DNA of 44,627 nucleotides from Acidobacteriota bacterium. GTDB lineage: Bacteria; Acidobacteriota; UBA6911. Below the pieces are notes generated by a model. That model was not told the DNA's origin, did no database searches, and saw nothing but the letters and a program-made list of their open reading frames with translations. The position numbers and the translations under genes are program-made. The stretch spans positions 1 through 44,627 of the forward strand of contig JAFNAG010000002.1 of assembly GCA_017860135.1 (NCBI GenBank), in the 5' to 3' direction. Below are positions 10,288 to 20,460 of the stretch, piece after piece (within the stretch, counting starts at the first letter, position 1; each line of letters begins with the position of its first letter).

Positions 10288-12444
10288 ATGGCCAGGAAAC
10301 CGCTGTGCGTTGCAATCCTGTGGCACATGCACCAGCCGGACTACGGCAACGAGGAGAGCGGCGAGATCTACCTGCCGTGGACCCGGTTTCATGCCGTTAA
10401 GGACTACTACGATATGGGAGCCCTGATAGAGCAGGTGCCGGGACTGCGCCTGACCATCAACGTAGTGCCTTCGCTGATCGATCAGCTGGAGGCGTATGCC
10501 GGCGGCACTGCGCGGGAAACGTATGCCGAGCTGACCCTGCGCGACGCGGGAACGCTGGACGAACGGGAGAAGGCCTTTCTTCTGGCCGGCTTTTTCCAGC
10601 TTCCGTGGAGGCAGATGATCCTGCCGTACCCTCGCTACAAGGAACTCCTCGACCGGCGCGGCACGCCCGATGAGAGGGGAATTTACAGCGACGGGCTGAG
10701 GCGGTATTCCACCGGGGATTATCGGGATGCGCAGGTGTGGTTCAATCTGAGCTGGTGCGGCAATGAGCTGCGCCGTGATCCGGTGATCGCAGACATGATC
10801 CGCAAAGGACGGGATTTTACGGAAGAGGAAAAGAGGCGCCTGCTCGAGCGCCAGACCGCCTTCATCGGCCGCATCCTCGCTCTGTACCGGAGGCTGCAGG
10901 AGGACGGGGGCATCGAGGTTTCCGTCTCGCCCTATTACCACCCAATCCTGCCGCTTCTGTGCGACAACCGGGCGGCGCGGGAAGCGACTCCGGAGGTTCC
11001 GCTGCCGGGCAACATGTTCTCATTCCCCGGGGACGCGCGGATGCAGATCGCGCGCGCGCAGGACCGTTTCCGTGAGGTGTTCGGCCGGGACCCGCGCGGC
11101 ATGTGGCCTTCGGAAGGCTCGATCAGCGTCGCGGCCTGCCGGCTGGCGGGAGACGCGGGGCTGCGCTGGCTGGCTTCCGACGAAGGAGTGTTGCGGAACT
11201 CGCTCCGGACTCGGGGGCACGGGGATGCGGATCTTTCGCCTGCGCAGAGATACCGTGCCTGGCGGTGGGCTGACGGACCGGCGCTGTTCTTCCGTGATCA
11301 GGCGCTGTCGGATCTCATCGGGTTCACCTATTCGCGCTGGAACGAGGAGACGGCGGTCGTCGACTTTACGCAGCGCCTGCGGCGCATTTACGATGCGCTC
11401 CCGGACGACGGCCGTGATTATGTGGTGCCGATCATCCTCGATGGCGAGAATGCATGGGAGCACTACCAGAACAACGGGGTGGGCTTCCTCCTGTTGTTGT
11501 ACCGCAGTCTCGTCCATTCGGGCTTCCTGCAGACCGTGACCTTCTCGGAATACCTCGAGATGAAACCCGGGCTCGAGACCCTGGAGAACATCACTGCCGG
11601 CAGCTGGATCTACGGCAGCCTGACGACCTGGATCGGGCATCCGGAGAAGAATGAGGCCTGGGAAGCGCTCTCCGCCACACGGCAGGCATTCGCCCGCAGC
11701 GACCCGGGGGCCGTCGACGCGCGGAAGCGGGAGCGGGCGTTCCGGGAACTGATGATCGCGGAAGGCAGCGACTGGTTCTGGTGGTATGGAGATGATCATC
11801 AGACGCAGAACGCGGTGGAATTCGACGCTCTTTTCCGCAGCCACCTGAAAAACACCTATAGCTTGCTGGGCCAGGCCTCCCCGATCACGCTGGATATCCC
11901 GATCAAGAAGGCGGCCGTCAGAACCCGGCACCGGAATCCGGTTCACACCCTCACTCCCAGTCTGGACGGCAGGGTGACCGATTATTTTGAATGGATCTCC
12001 GCCGGCTTTGTGTCGCCCGAGGGCGGCGGCGCCATGCACCAGGCCGTGCGGCGCCTGGAGAAGGTGTTTTTCGGCTATGATGCAAGCCGTTTCTATTTGC
12101 GCCTCGACTTTGCCGGACAGGGCCTGCGCGGCCTGCCGGCACAGGTGTCCGTGCAACTGCAGTTCGTTTCGCCCGGACAGAGCTTTTTGGCGATTGATTG
12201 CGCCGAAGGGCAGTGGCGCTGCGGCGCATGGGAACCGGCAGCCCCGGCGCCCGCGGCGGCGGGAGATCGGATCCTCGAGGTCGGCATCCCGCTGGAGGCT
12301 CTCGGCGTCGGCGCGCCCGACGAAGTCCGGTTTTTCATCACCCTGCTGGACAAGGAACGCGAACTGGAGAGGTTCCCATCGACCGGTTTTCTGGTGGTTC
12401 CGGTGGATCCGTGGAGCCTGGATCATGAGGAGTGGATCGTCTGA
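10288..12444 (+). CDS. Glycoside hydrolase family 57 (amylopullulanase/4-alpha-glucanotransferase-like)
   Basis: GH57 conserved regions WHMHQP, PYYHPILPLL, WPSEG (nucleophile Glu), LDGENAWEHY (acid/base Asp) and AEGSDWFWWY; extra C-terminal beta-rich domain. Confidence 0.92.
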   Translation: MARKPLCVAILWHMHQPDYGNEESGEIYLPWTRFHAVKDYYDMGALIEQVPGLRLTINVVPSLIDQLEAYAGGTARETYAELTLRDAGTLDEREKAFLLAGFFQLPWRQMILPYPRYKELLDRRGTPDERGIYSDGLRRYSTGDYRDAQVWFNLSWCGNELRRDPVIADMIRKGRDFTEEEKRRLLERQTAFIGRILALYRRLQEDGGIEVSVSPYYHPILPLLCDNRAAREATPEVPLPGNMFSFPGDARMQIARAQDRFREVFGRDPRGMWPSEGSISVAACRLAGDAGLRWLASDEGVLRNSLRTRGHGDADLSPAQRYRAWRWADGPALFFRDQALSDLIGFTYSRWNEETAVVDFTQRLRRIYDALPDDGRDYVVPIILDGENAWEHYQNNGVGFLLLLYRSLVHSGFLQTVTFSEYLEMKPGLETLENITAGSWIYGSLTTWIGHPEKNEAWEALSATRQAFARSDPGAVDARKRERAFRELMIAEGSDWFWWYGDDHQTQNAVEFDALFRSHLKNTYSLLGQASPITLDIPIKKAAVRTRHRNPVHTLTPSLDGRVTDYFEWISAGFVSPEGGGAMHQAVRRLEKVFFGYDASRFYLRLDFAGQGLRGLPAQVSVQLQFVSPGQSFLAIDCAEGQWRCGAWEPAAPAPAAAGDRILEVGIPLEALGVGAPDEVRFFITLLDKERELERFPSTGFLVVPVDPWSLDHEEWIV

Positions 12445-14574
12445 ATGGGCTCCAAGTGTCTGACGCAGGATGAAATCACTTCCATGATTGCCAGGCTGAA
12501 GCGCCTGGCAGGCAACCTCTGGTGGACCTGGAACCAGGAGTGCCAGGACATTTTTCACGAGCTGTCCCCGCGAGGCTGGCAGAACCTCTATCACAACGCG
12601 GTGGCAGTTTTGCAGGAAGTGTCGGACTATGAGCTCCGGGTGCGGCTGCAGGACAAGAGGTTCGCCTCCCATGTGCGGACGACGCTCAAGACATTCGAGG
12701 CGTACCTAAATGAAACCAACACGTGGGGGCGGCGTAACGCGCCCGCCCTGCTGAAACGCCCGATCGCCTACTTCTCCGCCGAGTTCGGGTTTCACGAGAC
12801 TCTGCCGATCGCCGCCGGCGGACTCGGCATCCTCGCCGGGGACATCGCCCGCTCCGCCAGCGACCTGGGAATCGGCTTCGTGGGCGTCAGCCTGTTCTAC
12901 AGGGAGGGATATTTCCAGCAGGCCATCAATCAGGACAACTGGCAGACCGAATACTATACGGTGCTGAATCCCAGGTACCTCCCGATCGAGCCGGTCCTCG
13001 ACGCCGGCGGCAGCCCTCTGACGTGCTGGGTGGAAATCAACCTGAGCCGTGTCTGCTTTCAGGTCTGGCGAGTCAACGTAGGCCGCTGCCCGGTCTTCCT
13101 CCTGGATTCGAACCGCCCGGAAAACGAGCAGCGATTCCGCGATTTGACCCTCCACGTCTACGGAGGTGACAGCACCACCCGGATCCTGCAGGAAATGTTG
13201 CTGGGCATCGGAGGCGTGCGCCTTCTGCGCGCGCTGGGCATTCAGCCCTCCCTGTACCACATCAACGAAGGGCACGTCGCATTCCTGACTCTCGAGTTGA
13301 TGCGGGAAAAAGTCTCGCGGGGCGCCACGTTCGAAGACGCGCTTGCCGAGACCAGGTCCGAGTGCCACTTTACCACCCACACCCCGGTGGAGGCCGGTCA
13401 CGACCGCTTCTCGCCCGACCTGATACATTATGCTTTCCACCAGCTCCTGCCCCAAATTGCCCCTTCGGCGCAGGAGCTGCTTGCACTCGGGAGGGTCCGG
13501 CCCGGGGATGCCCTCGAGCCTTTCTGCATGACGGTCCTCGCTCTCAAGGCCTCGCGTTCCGCCAACGCCGTGAGCGAGCTGCACGGCGAGGTCAGCCGGA
13601 AGATGTGGCACGCGCTGTATCCCGAGAGGGCCGTGGACGAGGTGCCGATCGGCCACGTCACCAACGGCATTCACATGCTGGGCTGGATGAAAGGCCCGGT
13701 GCGGGCTTTCTGGCGCCGCAAGCTCGGCGCGCGCTGGACCCGCGAGATCCATCAGCAGTCATTCTGGGAGCGGATGCTCGATCCCGAGTTCGTCTCCGAC
13801 GAGGAGCTCTGGGCGCTCCGCTACAAGCTGCGCCGCGCCCTCATCGAGTTCGCGCGCCGCCGCGAACTGTTTCCGGCCGTGCATCGCTCCAACCCGGAAT
13901 TCATTCGTCTGGACTCGCTGCTGAACCCGAACGCTCTCACCATCGGATTCGCCCGGCGCTTCGCCGCCTACAAGCGGGCCCCGCTGGTGTTTCAGAAATT
14001 CGAATCGATCGCCCGCCTGGTCTCCGACCCGGAGCGGCCGATCCAGTTCGTTTTCGCCGGCAAGGCGCACCCGATGGATCACGAGGGCAAGCGCTACATC
14101 CAGCACATCATCCACTTGAGCATCCACAGCGAACTGCACAATCACCTCGTGTTCCTGGATAATTACGACGTCCATGTCGCCCGCCAGATGGTATCCGGCT
14201 GCGACATCTGGCTCAACACGCCGCGCCGGCCCCTGGAGGCCTCCGGCACCAGCGGGATGAAGATCGGCTGCAACGGAGGCTTGAACCTGAGCATCCTGGA
14301 CGGCTGGTTCCGCGAAGGCTACGACGGCACGAACGGTTTTGCCATCGGGCCGGATTCCCACGCGGACTCGGTGGAAGAACAGGACCAGGTGGACAGCGAG
14401 AACCTCTACGAGGTGCTGGCCAACCAGGTCATCCCCTGTTTCTATGAACGCGATGCCCAGGGGATTCCGCGGCGGTGGATCCGGATGATCCGCCAGGCAA
14501 TGGCCACGCTCGTGCCCAGGTTCTCCACGTGGCGCATGGTGCAGGAATACACGGAGAAATATTATCTCCGCTGA
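12445..14574 (+). CDS. glgP: Alpha-glucan (glycogen/maltodextrin) phosphorylase, GT35
   Basis: [51 protein letters not shown] and EASGTSGMK (PLP lysine). The ATG abuts the GH57 stop. Confidence 0.95.
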   Translation: MGSKCLTQDEITSMIARLKRLAGNLWWTWNQECQDIFHELSPRGWQNLYHNAVAVLQEVSDYELRVRLQDKRFASHVRTTLKTFEAYLNETNTWGRRNAPALLKRPIAYFSAEFGFHETLPIAAGGLGILAGDIARSASDLGIGFVGVSLFYREGYFQQAINQDNWQTEYYTVLNPRYLPIEPVLDAGGSPLTCWVEINLSRVCFQVWRVNVGRCPVFLLDSNRPENEQRFRDLTLHVYGGDSTTRILQEMLLGIGGVRLLRALGIQPSLYHINEGHVAFLTLELMREKVSRGATFEDALAETRSECHFTTHTPVEAGHDRFSPDLIHYAFHQLLPQIAPSAQELLALGRVRPGDALEPFCMTVLALKASRSANAVSELHGEVSRKMWHALYPERAVDEVPIGHVTNGIHMLGWMKGPVRAFWRRKLGARWTREIHQQSFWERMLDPEFVSDEELWALRYKLRRALIEFARRRELFPAVHRSNPEFIRLDSLLNPNALTIGFARRFAAYKRAPLVFQKFESIARLVSDPERPIQFVFAGKAHPMDHEGKRYIQHIIHLSIHSELHNHLVFLDNYDVHVARQMVSGCDIWLNTPRRPLEASGTSGMKIGCNGGLNLSILDGWFREGYDGTNGFAIGPDSHADSVEEQDQVDSENLYEVLANQVIPCFYERDAQGIPRRWIRMIRQAMATLVPRFSTWRMVQEYTEKYYLR

Positions 14575-14638
14575 TTCTGGACTTGTGGCCCGAGGACATT
14601 CCTCATACCCAATCTAAAATCCTTAATCCTGAATCCAA
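14575..14638. repeat. Short 7-nt tandem repeat tract after glgP
   Basis: AATCTAA-AATCCTT-AATCCTG-AATCCAA at 14611-14638, with a degenerate inverted partner GATTCTGGACTTGTGG just after the stop. Confidence 0.45.
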
Positions 14639-14839
14639 AGGTGCGGAAGCGAGGCGATTCTGTTGCCGCCCGGTTCCTGAATCATGGCGGGCGGGCATCT
14701 TCTGTTGATTTGATCTGCGGATGGTGTTACAAAGCTGGTTTGGTCTCGAGGAGGCCGGCTCCTTTTTCGACGCCAGCCAACAGTGAATCTTCATGGGTTT
14801 CAGGAGGGCTTGACTCCAGCCTTCCGGAATCAGGTAATT

Positions 14840-15868
14840 ATGCCCGAATTGCGCCACGATCCGATCCAGAAACGCTGGGTGATCATCGCCACCGAACGGG
14901 GCCGCCGGCCCAACGACTATCCCCGCCCGGAGCAGGAGATCCCGAGGGCGTTCTGCCCGTTCTGCGAGGGAAACGAGGGCAAGACCCCGCCGGAAATCCG
15001 AGCCATTCGCCGCGACGGCAGTGCGCCGAACTCGCCGGGATGGAAGGTGCGCGTCGTTCCCAACAAATTCCCCGCCTTGCGAATTGAAGGAAATCTGGAT
15101 CGCAGGGGATTCGGCATCTTCGACCGGATGAACGGGGTTGGCGCGCATGAGGTCATCATCGAGACCCCGCGCCACGACCTCGGCATGGCCGACATGCCGG
15201 TCGAGGACCTCGCCGGAGTGATCTGGATGTACCGGGAGCGATTGGCGGACCTGCTGCGCGATTTCCGCTTCAAATACGTCCTGATATTCAAGAACCACGG
15301 GGCTGCAGCCGGCGCTTCCCTGGCGCACCCGCACACGCAGCTGATTGCGACTCCGGTCACGCCCCTGACTCTTTCGGAAGAGTTGATCTCCGCGCGGGAT
15401 CATTACCGCTACAAGGAGCGTTGCATCTTCTGCGACGTGATCGAGCAGGAACTCGAATTGGGCAGCCGGATCGTCCTTGCCAACGAGACCTTCGTCGCCA
15501 TTGCTCCCTACGCCTCACGCTTCCCGTTCGAGCTCCTGCTGGCGCCCCGGGCCCACCACCACAGCTTCGCCGAGATCGGCGACGGCATGATCCACGACCT
15601 GGCCCTGATGCTGAAGGAGCTGTTGTTCCGGATCAAGAAATGCCTGAACGACCCCCCCTACAACTTCCTGATCCACACGATCCCCAACGTGAGAACGCCT
15701 CCCAAGCGCGCCGGCTACTGGGACACGATCACCGTGGATTTCCACTGGCACATCGAAATTATGCCCCGGCTCACGAGTGTTGCAGGGTTTGAGTGGGGGA
15801 CCGGTTTCTACATCAATCCCACCTCCCCCGAAGAAGCGGCGAAATATCTCCGCGAAGTCGAGCTGTAA
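14840..15868 (+). CDS. galT: GalT-like (HIT superfamily) sugar-1-phosphate nucleotidyltransferase
   Basis: MPELRHDP, RGRRP, CPFCEGNE, VVPNKFPAL, GAHEVIIE, active-site KNHGAAAGASLAHPHTQ, CIFC, HWHIEI and AGFEWGTG motifs. Confidence 0.9.
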   Translation: MPELRHDPIQKRWVIIATERGRRPNDYPRPEQEIPRAFCPFCEGNEGKTPPEIRAIRRDGSAPNSPGWKVRVVPNKFPALRIEGNLDRRGFGIFDRMNGVGAHEVIIETPRHDLGMADMPVEDLAGVIWMYRERLADLLRDFRFKYVLIFKNHGAAAGASLAHPHTQLIATPVTPLTLSEELISARDHYRYKERCIFCDVIEQELELGSRIVLANETFVAIAPYASRFPFELLLAPRAHHHSFAEIGDGMIHDLALMLKELLFRIKKCLNDPPYNFLIHTIPNVRTPPKRAGYWDTITVDFHWHIEIMPRLTSVAGFEWGTGFYINPTSPEEAAKYLREVEL

Positions 15869-15918
15869 TACCAAAATAGATTTGCCGCCGCATCGGGCCG
15901 TGCTATACCCTATGGCGT

Positions 15919-17433
15919 ATGACCGGCCAGCATCGGATTCGCGTTGTGATGTTTTCGGCCGAGGCGGCGCCCTTCGCGAAGGTGGGCGGGCTCGGCGACG
16001 TCGCGGGCGCCCTCCCCAGGGCACTGGAACCTATCGGGGCTCAGGTTTCTATCGTGATGCCCGCGTATCGAATGATCTCCCGCGAGAAATTCGGCATCCG
16101 CAGCTGCGCCGCGGTTCCCTCCTTTGAAGTCCCTGTCGGATCCGGGAGTGTGCGCGCGGAAATCGCGCAAACCACCGCGGCTGGAACCGGCGTGACCGTG
16201 TATTTCCTGGGCGGTAGCGATTATTTCGAGCGCGACGGCTTTTACGACGACCCGGTGACGCGGCAAGGGTATGCCGACAACTCCCGCCGGTTCGCTTTTC
16301 TGGCCCGCGCGGGCCTGGAATTGCTTCGCAGGCTGGGGCGGCCGGTGGATGTGATTCATTGCCATGACTCTCAGACCGCCATGGTCCCGGGCCTGCTCCG
16401 GACCGTGTATAGGAACGATCCGTTCTTTTCCCATACCGGCTGCCTCTTCACGATTCACAACCTCGCGTACCAGGGCGTGTACGAAAGAGACGCCCTTGCC
16501 TCAGCCGGAATCGATCCGGGTTATTTTCATGCTTCCTCCCCCTTCGAATTCTGGGGCAAAGTCAACTTCATGAAGATCGGGATCGAAACGGCCGATCTTA
16601 TCAACACGGTGAGTGAGGGCTACGCCCGCGAGATCCTCTCCGGCCCGGAATACGGATGCGGTCTCGAAGGCGTCCTCAGGAACAGATCCGGCTCACTCTA
16701 CGGGATCATGAATGGAATCGACTACGAGGTGTGGAATCCGGAAACCGATCCATTCCTCCCGGCACACTACTCGCCGCGGGACCTTTCCGGCAAGAGCCTT
16801 TGCAAGACCGACCTTCTGTGCCGGATGGGATTGCCGCGCCAGAGGGGAAGGGTGCCGCTGATTGGCATCATTTCGCGGCTTGCCGACCAGAAGGGCTTCG
16901 ACCTGATCGCGAAGGCCAGCCGTGCGATCATGGCGCACGACCTGCAGATGGTGGTTCTGGGGACCGGCCAGAAGGAATACCATGAGCTGTTTCTGAAGCT
17001 GTCCTCCCTGTATCCCGAAAAAATCGCAGCCAGACTGGGCTTCGACAACGCGCTCGCCCATCAGATCGAGGCCGGAGCCGATATCTTCCTCATGCCTTCC
17101 CGGTACGAACCCTGCGGCCTGAACCAGCTCTACAGCCTGCGGTACGGAACGGTGCCGGTTGTCCGGGCAACCGGCGGGCTCGCGGACACGATTGAGGACT
17201 ATAAGCTCGAGAGCGACAGCGGGACCGGTTTCGTTTTCCGGGACTACACGGCGGAATACATGATGGACGCTCTGGAACGGGCCCTGGTTCTCTACGCCGA
17301 TTCCGGGCGCTGGCGCGGGCTCATGGTGCGGGGTATGGGCCAGCGCTGGGCCTGGGAGGGATCGGCGCACAAATACATGGAATTGTACGAAAAAATCGTC
17401 GCCTTGCGCCGCGCCGGAGCCGGCCGGGGCTGA
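15919..17433 (+). CDS. glgA: Glycogen synthase (GT5)
   Basis: EAAPFAKVGGLGDV, HCHD, TIHNLAYQG, NGID, SRLADQKG, MPSRYEPCGLNQLY and TGGLADT motifs. Confidence 0.96.
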   Translation: MTGQHRIRVVMFSAEAAPFAKVGGLGDVAGALPRALEPIGAQVSIVMPAYRMISREKFGIRSCAAVPSFEVPVGSGSVRAEIAQTTAAGTGVTVYFLGGSDYFERDGFYDDPVTRQGYADNSRRFAFLARAGLELLRRLGRPVDVIHCHDSQTAMVPGLLRTVYRNDPFFSHTGCLFTIHNLAYQGVYERDALASAGIDPGYFHASSPFEFWGKVNFMKIGIETADLINTVSEGYAREILSGPEYGCGLEGVLRNRSGSLYGIMNGIDYEVWNPETDPFLPAHYSPRDLSGKSLCKTDLLCRMGLPRQRGRVPLIGIISRLADQKGFDLIAKASRAIMAHDLQMVVLGTGQKEYHELFLKLSSLYPEKIAARLGFDNALAHQIEAGADIFLMPSRYEPCGLNQLYSLRYGTVPVVRATGGLADTIEDYKLESDSGTGFVFRDYTAEYMMDALERALVLYADSGRWRGLMVRGMGQRWAWEGSAHKYMELYEKIVALRRAGAGRG

Positions 17434-17453
17434 TCCTGCGCCGTCCGGGATCC

Positions 17454-18623
17454 TCACACGAATGCATCCAGACCCGTAATGTGTCCGCCCACGATCAAGG
17501 TCTGGATATCGTGCGTCCCCTCGTAGGTCTTGACGGATTCCAGGTTGCACATGTGGCGGATGACCGGAAACTCCAGGCTGATGCCATTGGCGCCCAGGAT
17601 GTCCCGGGCCCGGCGGGCGCACTCCAGTGCCATGGCGACGTTGTTGCGCTTGGCGAGCGAGGTCTGCGCAAAGTGCAGTTTGCCGGCTTCCTTCAGTCGG
17701 CCCAGCTGGAGCGCGAGCAACTGCCCCTTGGTGATCTCGGTAAGCATGTAGACAAGCTTTTCCTGCACCAGCTGGAAGCCCGCAATCGGTCGGTCAAACT
17801 GTTTCCGGGCGCCGGCATACTCGAGGGCCGCATGATAGCAGGCCATGGCCGCTCCGAGCGCGCCCCAGGCGATCCCGTAGCGCGCCTGGTTCAGACACAT
17901 CAGCGGCGACTTGAGCCCCTGCGCCCCCGGAAGCAGGTTCTCCTCCGGAATGGAGCATTCTTCGAAGACGAGCTGCGACGTGACAGACGCCCTCAGTGAC
18001 ATCTTGTGCTGTATTTCGGGGGCGCTGAAGCCGGGAGTCCCCCTCTCGACCAGGAATCCGCGCACCACGCCGTCGAGTTTGGCCCAGACCACTGCCACGT
18101 CGGCGATCGTCCCGTTGGTGATCCAGGACTTGGTGCCGTTGAGCACCCACCGGCTCCCGTCCTTCACGGCACGCGTCAGCATCCCTCCCGGATTCGATCC
18201 GTGATCAGGTTCCGTCAGTCCGAAGCAGCCGATGGCCTCCCCCTTGGCCAGCGCGGGAAGCCAGCGGCGTTTCTGCGCCTCCGAGCCGAATGTGAAAACG
18301 GGATACATCACCAGCGCCCCCTGGACCGACGCGAAGCTGCGGAGCGCGCTGTCGCCCCGCTCCAGTTCCTGCATCACCAGGCCGTAGCCTACATCCGCCA
18401 GTCCCGGGCAGCCGTATTCTTCGGGAAGGTTGGCGCCCAGCAGCCCCAGAGAGCCCATTTCCGGGACCAGGTCCCGGGGAAATGTCGCGTTCTCAAAGTG
18501 GTGATCGATGACCGGAATCACTCTGTCCTCGACAAACGAGCGCACCGTGTCGCGCACCAGCCTCTCTTCCCGGGTCAGAAGATCGTCGACCCGGTAAAAA
18601 TCCACTCCCGTGAATTCCCCCAT
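17454..18623 (-). CDS. gcdH: Acyl-CoA dehydrogenase, glutaryl-CoA dehydrogenase type
   Basis: ELERGDS..RS..SVQ, GCFGLTEPDHGSNPGGM, KMSLRASVT, LNQARYGIAWG and NLESVKTYEGTHD motifs; ATG at 18623 after GGAGG. Confidence 0.85.
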   Translation of the reverse strand: MGEFTGVDFYRVDDLLTREERLVRDTVRSFVEDRVIPVIDHHFENATFPRDLVPEMGSLGLLGANLPEEYGCPGLADVGYGLVMQELERGDSALRSFASVQGALVMYPVFTFGSEAQKRRWLPALAKGEAIGCFGLTEPDHGSNPGGMLTRAVKDGSRWVLNGTKSWITNGTIADVAVVWAKLDGVVRGFLVERGTPGFSAPEIQHKMSLRASVTSQLVFEECSIPEENLLPGAQGLKSPLMCLNQARYGIAWGALGAAMACYHAALEYAGARKQFDRPIAGFQLVQEKLVYMLTEITKGQLLALQLGRLKEAGKLHFAQTSLAKRNNVAMALECARRARDILGANGISLEFPVIRHMCNLESVKTYEGTHDIQTLIVGGHITGLDAFV

Positions 18624-18756
18624 AAGCCGCCTCCGTCCCGAAATTGTGCCATACAGGGTCAGGTCTGCACTATTTACTTTTTGCAGAGGAAAAAGTGAAT
18701 ATTGCAGACCTGGCCCCGATTTCATGACTATAATCGCAAGTCCCGACGGAGGCGAA

Positions 18757-19995
18757 ATGAGCGGCCGGAATCTGCTGATATTGCTTTGTGTCGTCAGCCT
18801 GGCACCCCAGGCGGCGTCCTTTCTGCACGCCGGCGCAGCGGCGGCGCGATCGGGGCTGCCGCAGGCGTCACCGGAAAGCATCGGATTGCGTTCCGCGCAA
18901 TTGCGCTTGATCGATGATGCGGTTGCCGAAGCCATCCGCGGGCGCGAAACGCCGGGCGCTGTCGTTCTGGTCGCCCGCCGTGGCAGGATCGGCTACTGCA
19001 AGGCGTTCGGGCATCGGTCCCTGCAGCCGCAGAGCGAGCCGATGACCACGGACACCATCTTCGACATGGCTTCCCTTACAAAAGTAGTGGCTACTGCTCC
19101 CGCCATCATGCTGCTGGCCCAGAACGGCCGGCTCCGGATCGGAGACCGGGTGAAGCGATACCTGCCGCTTTTTGCCGGCGGAGGGAAGGACGAGATCACG
19201 GTCCGGCAGCTTCTGACCCATTTTTCGGGCCTGCCTGCGGACTTCGACCTTTCCAAACCATGGGAAGGGCGCGCTGCCGCCCTCGAGGAGCTCTGGAGCA
19301 TCCCCACGCAGACGCTGCCGGGGAGGGAGTTCCTTTACAGCGATCTCAATTTCATCGCCCTCGCGGAAATCGTCACCGCCTTGAGCGGAAGGAGCCTGGA
19401 TGTTTTTGCGAAGCAGGAGATCTTTGAGCCGCTCGGCATGACGGAAACAACCTTTAATCCTCCGGCGGACTGGCGCGGGCGCATTGCGCCGACGGAGTCA
19501 CGCGACCGGTCTCTGCGCTACCTCAAAGGGAGCGCCTCCGACCAGGCACTGCAGATGCTGCGCGGGGAAGTACACGACCCGACGGCCTGGCGCATGGGCG
19601 GAGTTGCCGGGCATGCAGGCTTGTTCTCGAGTGCAAGAGATGTCGCGATGTATGCCCAGATGCTCCTGGACCGGGGCTCGGCGCGGGGCCGGTTCCTGCT
19701 TTCCCCCCAAACAGTGGCCGCCATGACCGGCCCGCAGTCCCCTCCGGGCGCATTCCAGTTGCGCGGGTTCGGATGGGACATCCAGACCGGCTATTCCGCA
19801 CCTGGAGGCGATCTCCTCGCGGGCGGATACGGACACACGGGATTCACAGGCACCTCCCTTTGGATTCACCCTCCCACGGGCACATTTGTGGTGATCCTCA
19901 CCAACCGGGTCCACCCCGACGGCAAAGGTGACGTAACCCACCTGCGCGGCGCGATCGCGAACATCGTCGCGGCCTCCATTGCGGAATCCCGTTGA
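18757..19995 (+). CDS. Exported serine hydrolase, beta-lactamase/class C esterase family (AmiE/YbbE-like)
   Basis: Signal-peptide-like N-terminus; SxxK (ASLTK), LLTHFSG, YSD, GEVHDP, GHAGLFS and GHTGFTG motifs; GGAGG RBS. Confidence 0.88.
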   Translation: MSGRNLLILLCVVSLAPQAASFLHAGAAAARSGLPQASPESIGLRSAQLRLIDDAVAEAIRGRETPGAVVLVARRGRIGYCKAFGHRSLQPQSEPMTTDTIFDMASLTKVVATAPAIMLLAQNGRLRIGDRVKRYLPLFAGGGKDEITVRQLLTHFSGLPADFDLSKPWEGRAAALEELWSIPTQTLPGREFLYSDLNFIALAEIVTALSGRSLDVFAKQEIFEPLGMTETTFNPPADWRGRIAPTESRDRSLRYLKGSASDQALQMLRGEVHDPTAWRMGGVAGHAGLFSSARDVAMYAQMLLDRGSARGRFLLSPQTVAAMTGPQSPPGAFQLRGFGWDIQTGYSAPGGDLLAGGYGHTGFTGTSLWIHPPTGTFVVILTNRVHPDGKGDVTHLRGAIANIVAASIAESR

Positions 19996-20042
19996 CAGGT
20001 CGTTCAGGAATTTTGCGGCGGTTTCCGACGGAATTCAGCGGC

Positions 20043-20276
20043 TCAGGGCACGGCGCCGGTTTCGCGTTGCTCCTTGTCATCCCGCTTTTCGAATGAGTAG
20101 CATGCGCGCCGGAAGCGGACGAAGGCGTGAGAGTGGTAGGGGCAGGTCCCCCAGTTGCTGTGGGAGCTGATGAAGGATTCCTCGGAGATGAAGAACTTGC
20201 AGTCACCGCACTCGAGCTGCTTATCTTCAAGCTTGTAGTCGCAAGCTTCCCGAAATGTAGTAAATTTATTCTGCAT
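20043..20276 (-). CDS. Small Cys-rich protein with a HiPIP-like 4-Cys pattern
   Basis: 77 aa; AAGGGGG RBS; C23-x2-C26-x18-C45-x13-C59 with CxFF, GTC and CYSF contexts; has its own predicted promoter. Confidence 0.7.
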   Translation of the reverse strand: MQNKFTTFREACDYKLEDKQLECGDCKFFISEESFISSHSNWGTCPYHSHAFVRFRRACYSFEKRDDKEQRETGAVP

Positions 20277-20299
20277 GGACCCCCTTGTTCCAGGTGACT

Positions 20300-20331
20300 A
20301 CCATAATCCTATGAAGTGCTTATGGTGTCAA
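20300..20331 (-). promoter_or_regulatory. Promoter with an overlapping operator-like inverted repeat
   Basis: Minus strand TTGACA-17 bp-GATTAT; ACCATAA-N13-TTATGGT palindrome at 20300-20326. Confidence 0.5.
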
Positions 20332-20460
20332 CTCATCCTTGGGGGGCCCCTGCGATTCAGACTGTGGCGAGCCCCGCTGCTTGACTCGCGGTGGGGATCA
20401 CTGCCGTCCCGGCAGAAGAAGGCGTCGGATTCACTCGCGGTCTCTGGCCGCGAGGCTCTT

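Noticed and set aside
18757-19995. Antibiotic-resistance beta-lactamase
   Set aside because: The YSD and GHTG motifs and the GEVHD/GHAGLF block fit the esterase/amidase (AmiE/YbbE-like) branch rather than AmpC (YxN, KTG).
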